From IMG/VR virus record IMGVR_UViG_3300020470_004573, positions 1 to 58,125 of that record: a stretch of DNA of 58,125 bases; one strand, 5' to 3'. Shown here one piece after another: positions 50,899 to 58,125 of this stretch. The notes under the pieces are model-generated. The model ran no database searches. It was not told the origin of the DNA and worked only from the letters and a program-made list of their open reading frames with translations. The stretch's first letter is position 1; every line of letters begins with the position of its first letter. This stretch comes from a virus (lineage: Duplodnaviria; Caudoviricetes). The position numbers and the translations under genes are program-made.

Positions 50899-51892
50899 AA
50901 AATTCTCCTATTAAATTATTTTTATTTTTATCAATTTCATCGTAATGTAATCCATCATTTCCATTCTGACCTATGATATCAATTCTTTTATTTAACTCAT
51001 CTTCTTCTATTTGTTCTTCGAACTTATAATTCATTATTAACAATTCTGTACCCTTATCTCTTGTACCATCCTTTTTAGTACCAGCTTGTTTAGTAAATTG
51101 TTTTTCTTCCCAAATAAATTCATTTTTTGGTAGCCATTCTTGTAATAGTTCAAAGTCATAATAAGATAATCCCCACTTTCCTTGTACATTTTTTAATTGT
51201 GTACATAATCTTTCGTGGTCATTTCTATCAAAGTCATGTTTAGAATAATAGTTTTCAGTTTTCCAATATGGTGGGTCTACATAAAAATATGTAGATGGTG
51301 AATCATACTTTTCAATGACTTCACCGAAATCCATATTTTCAGATATAGTTATATTTTCAAGTTGTCTCTGAAATCTATCATATTTACTTGTAGTTAATTT
51401 TTCTCTAAAAGTTCTAAATTTAGGTTTATACTTTCCTTTAAAATCTATATATTTAGCCTTTTCAGGTTGAGACCCTGAAAATATTTGAGTTAAAACAAAT
51501 GCATATTTCATAGCAACTTCCTTACTATTATCATTTGTAATTTTAAAATCATCAGCAAATATTTCTTTCTGATATGAATTGAATGTATCTATTCTTGTCT
51601 GTAATACTTCTGGAGAGTCTGCGTTCTCTGTACCATATTGTTGACAATCGTGAGCATTTAATAATTCTCCAAGTTCTTTATAATTACTACCTCGTACATT
51701 TTCAAATAGATTCCAATTTAATTGATTGAAATCATTATATACTACATTTTTAAGGTTTGGATATTTATCTTCCATACAAAAATAAACCCAAAACATTCCA
51801 CCAAATGTTTCAACATATGTTTCTATATCAGTAGGAATATATTCTCTAATCCATTTACCAATTATTGATTTTCCGCCTATGTAACTAATCAT
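50885..51892 (-). CDS. D12-class (Dam-family) DNA adenine methyltransferase
   Basis: YIGGKS, YVETFGG, YNDFN, VDPPY, ELLIMNY. Confidence 0.88.
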   Translation of the reverse strand: MISYIGGKSIIGKWIREYIPTDIETYVETFGGMFWVYFCMEDKYPNLKNVVYNDFNQLNWNLFENVRGSNYKELGELLNAHDCQQYGTENADSPEVLQTRIDTFNSYQKEIFADDFKITNDNSKEVAMKYAFVLTQIFSGSQPEKAKYIDFKGKYKPKFRTFREKLTTSKYDRFQRQLENITISENMDFGEVIEKYDSPSTYFYVDPPYWKTENYYSKHDFDRNDHERLCTQLKNVQGKWGLSYYDFELLQEWLPKNEFIWEEKQFTKQAGTKKDGTRDKGTELLIMNYKFEEQIEEDELNKRIDIIGQNGNDGLHYDEIDKNKNNLIGEFFDNE

Positions 51893-51990
51893 ATTTTTTT
51901 TATCCTCTTTTTAATTTTTTTTATCGTTTTCAAATTTTTCGTACTAGTTATATACAGTTATAACAGTTAACAGTATTAATAAAGCTTATA

Positions 51991-52335
51991 TTATATTAAC
52001 TGTAAGATCATTATAATAACAGCTAATCCCATTGTAATCCACACTTTCAAAGTCATTGGTTCACCCAAGTACCAATATGTCATTATGGGAAATACTAACA
52101 TTGAAGTAGCAAATCCCATAAATCTTACAGCCCATAAAGTACCGAATCCAAGATAACCCCATTTAGTACATAACCACATTAATATACTGATAGGTATACC
52201 AAGTAATGACATCCATAACATTGACTTATATCCTTCAGCCCATTTCCAAACTAATTGGGAATTTAACTGATACCAAATCAATATTTGACTTATAATGAAA
52301 ACTATTGTAGAGATTATAACATATTTTATACTCAT
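51991..52335 (-). CDS. small 4-TM membrane protein (DMT/SMR-like)
   Basis: Four hydrophobic segments, YLGEPMTLK loop. Confidence 0.55.
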   Translation of the reverse strand: MSIKYVIISTIVFIISQILIWYQLNSQLVWKWAEGYKSMLWMSLLGIPISILMWLCTKWGYLGFGTLWAVRFMGFATSMLVFPIMTYWYLGEPMTLKVWITMGLAVIIMILQLI

Positions 52336-52508
52336 TTATTCTTTCTTTTTTTTGATTTTTTAGTATCTTCTTTTTTATTTACATCACGAACTTTTTCTTT
52401 CCATAAAGATTTGGACACATATCTCCAACCTTCGTGAAATAAATTTGCAGCTTTTTCATCAGAGACTCTAACGACATTAGAGCCATCCACACTCATCATA
52501 CACTTCAT
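52332..52508 (-). CDS. small basic hypothetical protein (58 aa, below ORF-track cutoff)
   Basis: AGGAG RBS; MKCMMSVDGSNVVRVSDEKAANLFHEGWRYVSKSLWKEKVRD...KRKNK; ATGA overlap with the next gene. Confidence 0.7.
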   Translation of the reverse strand: MKCMMSVDGSNVVRVSDEKAANLFHEGWRYVSKSLWKEKVRDVNKKEDTKKSKKRKNK

Positions 52509-52519
52509 TTGTGCTTCTC

Positions 52520-53041
52520 CTAATTTATGTAACCTTCAGTAATTAAATATTCTTCATTAGTATACTTATACATTGTGATATTATCATATCTGAATTTACT
52601 ATTTGTTGTGAGTATATCTACTCGTTTGACCCATTTAGGATTCATTGTATCTCTTACTTGATACACACCATCCCATTTACCTGTACCTTCAATAACAATA
52701 TAATCACCATAATCAAACGGACCTCCCCAACGGGCAATTAAATCTCTTGAAAGTGCAACATAACGATATTGAGTTGCCTTCTTTGGATTTATTCTTGTAC
52801 CATCAGCTGTGATGTTTGGTGTCGAATCACATTGTTGTCGAGTTGGATTGTAAGTAGTGACTGTAACATCAAAAGCTATTTTATTAGCTTCTGTAAAACC
52901 ACAATCATTTTCTAACTCCCAAACTCTTTCTTGTAACCTCATTTTCTCTTCGTGATATTCATCCATCATTCCAGAAAAATACCAAGTTATAAGTAACATT
53001 GGGATTATAGTTATCCCATATGCATATGAAGTCTTAATCAT
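52520..53041 (-). CDS. 3D-domain (MltA/RlpA-like) cell-wall protein with N-terminal membrane anchor
   Basis: VTVTTYNP...ITADGTRI...VALSRDL...VRDTMN...RVDIL. Confidence 0.75.
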   Translation of the reverse strand: MIKTSYAYGITIIPMLLITWYFSGMMDEYHEEKMRLQERVWELENDCGFTEANKIAFDVTVTTYNPTRQQCDSTPNITADGTRINPKKATQYRYVALSRDLIARWGGPFDYGDYIVIEGTGKWDGVYQVRDTMNPKWVKRVDILTTNSKFRYDNITMYKYTNEEYLITEGYIN

Positions 53042-53077
53042 AAAGATTCTCCTATATTATTAAAATATACATATAAC

Positions 53078-53109
53078 AATATACAACCTTTATGACATAT
53101 AAGTCAAGC
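53078..53109 (-). promoter_or_regulatory. sigma70-type promoter GCTTGACT-18-TATATT
   Basis: TTGACT 53107-53102, TATATT 53083-53078. Confidence 0.7.
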
Positions 53110-53112
53110 TTT

Positions 53113-53976
53113 TTATTTTTTTAATTTATAATAATAATCATCGCGGGATAAAGAACCATCAGTTGGTGTCTCTAAATCATTCTCTTTTATCCACATTGAT
53201 ATTGTATCTTCAGCTGATATTTCATCGATAATATTAAAAGATGGTTTATATCTCTTGAGTAATCGTCTAACTAGTGAATGTCTAACAACATCTTTTTCTT
53301 TAAATGAAGCTAAACCTACTCCGTGAATACCTGCGAATCTTTTGATTGCATCTTCTAAACCACTTTTATGTTTGGCTATATCAGATTGTTCCAAGTCACC
53401 TGTGATAATATATTTACTATGTTCACCGATTCTTGTTACAAACATTTTGATTTGTTCAGGTGTAGCATTTTGAGCTTCATCTAATATAACAAATTTATTA
53501 GAAAGTGTAATACCTCTCATAAAAGCCATTGGTATAACTTGAATGACATTACTTTCTTTTAATATTTCTAATCTTTGTTTACCGATAATCTGTTCCATAT
53601 TATAATAAAACGACATCATAAATGGTGCTGTTTTTTCTTCTACATCACCTGGTAAGTATCCTATCTTTTCACCAGCCGCTTCTACGAGAGGTTTAACGAT
53701 AACGATACCATCTATGTGTGAATCCTTATCACCTAACTCTCTTAAAGCTCTATGTACTGATAGATATGTTTTACCACAACCAGCCGGTCCGATTCCAAAT
53801 GTTATATCTTTTGTAGATATAGTTTTGTAGAATCTTTTTTGTGCTGTATTCTTATACATCAATTCATCAAAGTTTAACATCTTTAAATCCTTTAATGCTT
53901 GGCGTTTATTATTTGTAGTATGATTATTTAATTCGGAAAGTGAAACCTTCTTTTGAGAACTTCTTGTTTTACTCAT
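53113..53976 (-). CDS. phoH: PhoH-family ATPase
   Basis: GPAGCGKT, IGYLPG, FMRGITL, ILDEAQN, TRIGE, ITGDLEQSD, VVRH. Confidence 0.93.
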   Translation of the reverse strand: MSKTRSSQKKVSLSELNNHTTNNKRQALKDLKMLNFDELMYKNTAQKRFYKTISTKDITFGIGPAGCGKTYLSVHRALRELGDKDSHIDGIVIVKPLVEAAGEKIGYLPGDVEEKTAPFMMSFYYNMEQIIGKQRLEILKESNVIQVIPMAFMRGITLSNKFVILDEAQNATPEQIKMFVTRIGEHSKYIITGDLEQSDIAKHKSGLEDAIKRFAGIHGVGLASFKEKDVVRHSLVRRLLKRYKPSFNIIDEISAEDTISMWIKENDLETPTDGSLSRDDYYYKLKK

Positions 53977-54054
53977 AACAATTTCTCCTATATTAACCTC
54001 TGTTGGTTTAATATAAATATTATATATATGGATGTTTCCACCAAATTAAATGCA

Positions 54055-54088
54055 AAAAGATGGGACTATTTTACTAGTCCCATCTTTT
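54055..54088 (-). terminator. intrinsic terminator of the porin operon
   Basis: Perfect 14-bp inverted repeat AAAAGATGGGACTA-6-TAGTCCCATCTTTT. Confidence 0.85.
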
Positions 54089-54110
54089 ATTTGTGATTTA
54101 TATCACTATT

Positions 54111-54338
54111 TTAGTCATTCCATAAAGATAAAAGAATGATTAGAACTAACAATCCTGTTACTCCACCACTTAAGAAAGAGCCAACAAGAGCAGATATATT
54201 AGCGATAATATCAGTACCTAACCAACCATTACCAAATACTACAGTTGATAAGATTGAAACTGATACTAAACCAGTTAGTACACCTGATATACCAGTTAAT
54301 ACATCACCTATTGTTCCAAATATATTTTTAATATTCAT
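54111..54338 (-). CDS. small Gly-rich membrane protein
   Basis: GGAG RBS; 75 aa, almost entirely hydrophobic/amphipathic. Confidence 0.7.
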   Translation of the reverse strand: MNIKNIFGTIGDVLTGISGVLTGLVSVSILSTVVFGNGWLGTDIIANISALVGSFLSGGVTGLLVLIILLSLWND

Positions 54339-54363
54339 TTTTATTTCTCCGATTTATTGTTTA

Positions 54364-55245
54364 TTATTTGAATGAATAACTTGCTCTAATAGAGAAGTCA
54401 TTTTCGATTTCATTACCATCTGAATCTTTTCCAGATGTGAACTCAGAAACAACTTTCATATTGTCTGAGCATTTATACCCAACCCCATATGTCACAACTT
54501 CATCGGAGTTTAATCCGAGAAGTAGAAATGCACCTTGAGCTTGAGGTGGTGTTACCACTCCCCTTACCCAATACGCACCATCTGCCTCTTCTGACAAATC
54601 ATACTCAAGAGATGTTGTGAATAGGTCATTACCTAAACTAACATCTACAAGTTGAGATTCGTTACTATTTAATGATAGTCCGAAATTCGAATCTATACCA
54701 GCAAAAGAAACACCATAAGAAAATCTTGATGCCCAATATAGTGAACCTTCTTCGGTTACTACACCTTCTTCATCAAGAACATCTTCTGTGCTTCCACCAT
54801 AGAATAAATCAGCACCAACACCCCATTTGTTCAATCCAAATCCGACACCATTCGTAACGCTATGGTCTCTTGGAGTTGAAGCAAACCAGTTATTGGATGG
54901 TCTATGTAAGCCCCACGCTAATCCATATGGTTCTGCTTGACTACCGAATGTTAAAGTTAAAACATCTTCGATTACATTCCACGAATACTTCGCTTCTTCA
55001 ATGTTAACTTCACCATCTGATAGATTTGTACTTAAAACCCATCCGTCACCACTAAAGGTTAATCCAGTATATGGACTACCGAATGTAGTAGCGTCACCAA
55101 AGGTAATGTCCGTGCTAAATTCGCCAGTCACAGACACGACAGGTTGTGTAGTTTCTGTAACTACTTCTTCAGCTCTAACAATACCAAACAATCCCAAACA
55201 GGCAATTGAAAAGGTGATTAGAGTCTTCATACTTAGGTTCTTCAT
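54364..55245 (-). CDS. outer-membrane porin-like beta-barrel protein
   Basis: AAGGAG RBS, signal peptide ending VRA|EE, amphipathic strands, C-terminal IRASYSF(K) beta-signal. Confidence 0.7.
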   Translation of the reverse strand: MKNLSMKTLITFSIACLGLFGIVRAEEVVTETTQPVVSVTGEFSTDITFGDATTFGSPYTGLTFSGDGWVLSTNLSDGEVNIEEAKYSWNVIEDVLTLTFGSQAEPYGLAWGLHRPSNNWFASTPRDHSVTNGVGFGLNKWGVGADLFYGGSTEDVLDEEGVVTEEGSLYWASRFSYGVSFAGIDSNFGLSLNSNESQLVDVSLGNDLFTTSLEYDLSEEADGAYWVRGVVTPPQAQGAFLLLGLNSDEVVTYGVGYKCSDNMKVVSEFTSGKDSDGNEIENDFSIRASYSFK

Positions 55246-55543
55246 TTAGTTTCTCCTTAACTATTAACTTACTCGTTTACCTACTTACTATTTTATTACA
55301 TGCACAAATATGCAAAACTTTCCTACTATTTAATAACATTTGTAATAACATTGGATATTAACCAGGAAGAATCAGAGATTGATTCTTTTAGAAGTGTTGT
55401 TTATTTGTCTCATATAATAATACATTATAACCATTTTGTCTATATAAATATTAGATTTTTTTTAAAACGACCACTTTTTTTTGGTCTTTACATATAACCA
55501 TATTGTATTGTAAACCATTAAATTACTTGCTTAAAGTAGTTGT

Positions 55544-55897
55544 TTAAGACTCCCCAACTTGACCAGGAGTTAATTTATCCTTATTTTTTCTTAATTCTTC
55601 TTCAAACTCTTTTAAGTCTTCAAAAGTGTCCATATATTCTTTTACTAATTCTTTTAAATCTTTAAATTTTCCATATTTTTCGTCTAAATTTTTTTCAGTA
55701 GTTGATAATTTTGACATATAATCTTCAGTAACATCTTCCATTGTTATGTCAATTTGTTGTAAAAACTTAACGATAGAATTACTTTGTTTCACTAACTTTA
55801 CTATAACTGAACGATTATCAGCTGATATATCTTCTATGTGATTTATTTTAGCATTTATTTCTTTTAATAATTCTACTATTACTTCTTCTGTTTTCAT
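55544..55897 (-). CDS. hypothetical coiled-coil protein
   Basis: GGAG RBS favours a start at MKTEEV (55897) over 55921. Confidence 0.6.
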   Translation of the reverse strand: MKTEEVIVELLKEINAKINHIEDISADNRSVIVKLVKQSNSIVKFLQQIDITMEDVTEDYMSKLSTTEKNLDEKYGKFKDLKELVKEYMDTFEDLKEFEEELRKNKDKLTPGQVGES

Positions 55898-55901
55898 AAT
55901 A

Positions 55902-56036
55902 TTACTCCGTGAGTTTATCATATATAAATATCATGTTAGAACAGAATAACAATGATAAATAAACTATTGACATAACAAATGTGACACAGATTAAACACAT
56001 AATCCAAGGCATTATAAAAAGTATGTCTTTAATCAT
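55902..56036 (-). CDS. possible 44-aa hydrophobic peptide
   Basis: MIKDILFIMPWIMCLICVTFVMSIVYLSLLFCSNMIFIYDKLTE fills the gap directly after the def stop; overlaps a promoter-like motif. Confidence 0.35.
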   Translation of the reverse strand: MIKDILFIMPWIMCLICVTFVMSIVYLSLLFCSNMIFIYDKLTE

Positions 56037-56037
56037 A

Positions 56038-56598
56038 TTAAACTAAAGTCCAACCATCCTTAAAGTAAGGTTGTGCTTTTTTCCATTTTAAAATTTTACT
56101 ATCACCATCTTTTTCTATAGTAACCTTTTCGTTCCTACCAATTTTTCGAGTAACTCTTTTTATGGTATTGCTTTTTAATTTTCTATCAAACATTGTTATA
56201 CCATTTAAGTGGTCTATTTCGTGTTGTGCACAAACAGCTTCAAGTAAACTATCATCGTCTTCATCACTACCAAGTATAACTTCACCGTGATTAGCAGACC
56301 TTATAGTAACCCATCTGGCTCTATTTGTAGTAACAACCTTTTTAGGAAAAGATAAACAAGATTCAGGAACTAAAACATTCCCATCTAATTTTATAATTTC
56401 AGGATTAATAAAAGCTATAGGTTCTTTTACATTAATAACACACACTCTTTTATCAATTCCAATTTGATTTGCAGCTAATCCAATACCTTTATCTTTAAGT
56501 TCTTTAAATAATTTAACTGCGATATCTTCACCTTCTTGTAAGGTTGAAACTTCTTCACATTTCGTTCTTAATCTATCTTTATTATTTTTTATTATCAA
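56038..56598 (-). CDS. def: peptide deformylase
   Basis: GIGLAANQIG, ESCLS, QHEIDHLNG. Confidence 0.93.
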   Translation of the reverse strand: MIIKNNKDRLRTKCEEVSTLQEGEDIAVKLFKELKDKGIGLAANQIGIDKRVCVINVKEPIAFINPEIIKLDGNVLVPESCLSFPKKVVTTNRARWVTIRSANHGEVILGSDEDDDSLLEAVCAQHEIDHLNGITMFDRKLKSNTIKRVTRKIGRNEKVTIEKDGDSKILKWKKAQPYFKDGWTLV

Positions 56599-57071
56599 CT
56601 TACTAACCCTTTTATTTTATTTATAATTTTATTAAAAGTAGATACAGGGTCTTCCTTTACTACTTTTTGGTGACATTTTCCACCACAACATTTATCTTTT
56701 TTTTTAGAATCATTAGATAATAGTCTACTATCTATAATTTCTTTTAATTGGTCTTTACTTGGTGCACCTGCCTGTATAGCTGGTTTACCATCTTTAGGAA
56801 TAAATACCAATGTAGGTACACTCCTAACACCAAATTGTTGAGATACTTCCAACTCATCTTCAATATTTAATTTATAAATGTCTATAGCACCATCATATTC
56901 TTTATCCAATTCTTCTAATATAGGATTTAATGCTTTACAAGGTCCACACCAACTTGCATGAAAGTCAAGTACTACAGGTTTTTTTCCAAGAAACTTTATT
57001 TCATCAGAATCTTTTACATTGGTGTCATATACATTTTTATCAAAATATAATTTATTTATGTTTTTTACCAT
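56595..57071 (-). CDS. trxA: thioredoxin
   Basis: VVLDFHASWCGPCK, GVRSVPT. Confidence 0.9.
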   Translation of the reverse strand: MVKNINKLYFDKNVYDTNVKDSDEIKFLGKKPVVLDFHASWCGPCKALNPILEELDKEYDGAIDIYKLNIEDELEVSQQFGVRSVPTLVFIPKDGKPAIQAGAPSKDQLKEIIDSRLLSNDSKKKDKCCGGKCHQKVVKEDPVSTFNKIINKIKGLVS

Positions 57072-57519
57072 TTAATTTTCCCCGCTTTTGTTTTTTTCTT
57101 TTTTTCCAATCACTTATTTGTTTATACAACTTTTCGTCTTTTGATAATTTCTTTTTCTTCTTTCGTGGTTTCACTTTTGTTGGTGGAAGAGTACCTTTTA
57201 AATCAGGTTGTTCTTTTCCTTTGTGAAACACATTACCATCCTTATCAACAAACTCATTCATCCACTGCCAACCTGGTGGTCTACCTGTTGGTTTATATTG
57301 TTTTGTTTTAAATGAATCAGGATATTTAATCATATCAATCATAGTTACACATTTACTACAAGTAATGTAACCAACTGGGTCATCTACCTTTTGGTAATCA
57401 CAACAAAATTTACATTGCAACCATTTCTGTCCATCCTCATCTACATAAGAATGTCTTTCAGGTTTAAATGATTTAAATCCATTTTTCTTTAAGTTTTTTA
57501 TATCATCTTCTCTTGACAT
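57052..57519 (-). CDS. Zn-ribbon basic hypothetical protein
   Basis: CKFC...CSKC; Lys-rich C-terminus. Confidence 0.6.
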   Translation of the reverse strand: MSREDDIKNLKKNGFKSFKPERHSYVDEDGQKWLQCKFCCDYQKVDDPVGYITCSKCVTMIDMIKYPDSFKTKQYKPTGRPPGWQWMNEFVDKDGNVFHKGKEQPDLKGTLPPTKVKPRKKKKKLSKDEKLYKQISDWKKRKKQKRGKLNGKKHK

Positions 57520-57533
57520 ACATTGTATCCTTT

Positions 57534-57565
57534 AATATACTACTTTTGATCTATATATGTCAAGC
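57534..57565 (-). promoter_or_regulatory. sigma70-type promoter GCTTGACA-18-TATATT
   Basis: TTGACA 57563-57558, TATATT 57539-57534. Confidence 0.7.
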
Positions 57566-57566
57566 T

Positions 57567-57817
57567 TTAATTTTTTTTACGAGATTTTTTTTTCTTTACT
57601 CTTTTACCGAGTTTAGATTTATCGATAATCATACCATTTGACTCACCTTCAAAGTATGCAGAATGATTGTGTTTTACTTTACAATGATTAGGACATTGAT
57701 ATTTTTTATCTACTATAACTACTTGATTTTCATAGTGATAGGGTTGAGGTCCGTAATTATTTTGTATGTATCCTATAAGAAATGCTAATGCTATTAGTAC
57801 TAAATCGCCGTTCCCAT
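57567..57817 (-). pseudogene. apparently frameshifted small membrane-anchored ORF
   Basis: AAGGAGG + ATG GGA ACG GCG ATT TAG; a one-base shift continues LVLIALAFLIGYIQNNY...CPNHCKVKH...KKN-stop. Confidence 0.4.
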
Positions 57818-58125
57818 TTTGAATCCTCCTTCGGTTTCCACCATTTATCTATTAAAAACGCAATACCTATTCCGGCAACATCATAAGCTAAATCATATTT
57901 AGAAAATCCATCTCCACCCCATCTACCATATTTTTCCCAGGGTAATATTGCATCTATACATTCCTTTCCAAGACCTAAATAGAATGTGTATAATATAGAT
58001 TCTTGTTCAGTATATCCTTTGTGTCTAAAGAAAAAATAAGCACCTGCACTTCCTACAAAGTGAGCTTCTTTATCCATCGTGAACTCGGCAGTATCATCTG
58101 CCCATCTCCACTTACCAAACTCTTG
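57757..58125 (-). CDS. YfiM/DUF2279-like membrane protein (5'-truncated)
   Basis: DKEAHF...GLGKECID...GFSKYDLAYDVAG; the frame stays open to the window edge (QEFGKWRWADDTAEFT-M). Confidence 0.6.
   Translation of the reverse strand, partial: QEFGKWRWADDTAEFTMDKEAHFVGSAGAYFFFRHKGYTEQESILYTFYLGLGKECIDAILPWEKYGRWGGDGFSKYDLAYDVAGIGIAFLIDKWWKPKEDSKWERRFSTNSISISYRIHTK

Noticed and set aside
55331-55363. Canonical Pho box
   Set aside because: Repeat period is 12-13 nt rather than 11 and the sequence does not match CTGTCAT; kept only as a generic candidate operator.
3529-57226. Short plus-strand and alternate-frame minus-strand ORFs in the track (e.g. 3529-3786, 24313-24657, 31490-31852, 40323-40646, 55300-55497)
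   Set aside because: Nearly all are shadows nested in long genes with recognisable motifs, with His/Leu/Asn- or Val/Met-biased artefactual composition. 55300-55497 is antisense across the porin leader with no recognisable motif.
1-58125. CRISPR array, tRNA or rRNA genes
   Set aside because: Intergenic gaps are short and I saw no repeat-spacer pattern or cloverleaf. Not machine-scanned.
1-58125. Stop-codon reassignment
   Set aside because: Standard code gives near-complete coding density, and TAA, TAG and TGA all terminate genes at sensible boundaries.

Overview
AT-rich (roughly 30% GC by eye) fragment of a large tailed dsDNA phage with a contractile-tail-type baseplate. Essentially all credible genes lie on the minus strand. 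Reading in transcription order (right to left): (i) an accessory/host-interaction block (YfiM-like protein, Zn-finger protein, thioredoxin, peptide deformylase, porin plus small membrane protein, PhoH, 3D-domain cell-wall protein, Dam-family methylase, HD hydrolase, gp55-like sigma factor); (ii) a ~43 kb virion/baseplate block (spike, gp25, gp6-like wedge, DNRLRE and LamG proteins, a 1513-aa and a giant 6224-aa Cys-rich protein with dockerin-, cohesin-, CBM-, LTD- and PKD-like modules, a 907-aa partial paralogue, a 2064-aa baseplate protein and three tail-collar-like proteins); (iii) a replication/recombination block (RuvC-like resolvase, primase, an SbcD-SbcC fusion running off the left edge) interrupted by a RimK / phosphomannomutase / 2OG-Fe(II) oxygenase cassette. 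Two recurrent promoter-like motifs, strong GATC depletion and an enriched [ST]-G-S tripeptide in core baseplate proteins are visible. The best candidate for an undescribed system is a cohesin-dockerin-like, Cys-rich giant adhesin scaffold on the virion, possibly post-translationally modified. An FCB-group host (Marinimicrobia-like) is inferred, not shown. All family calls are motif recognition by eye with no database search.
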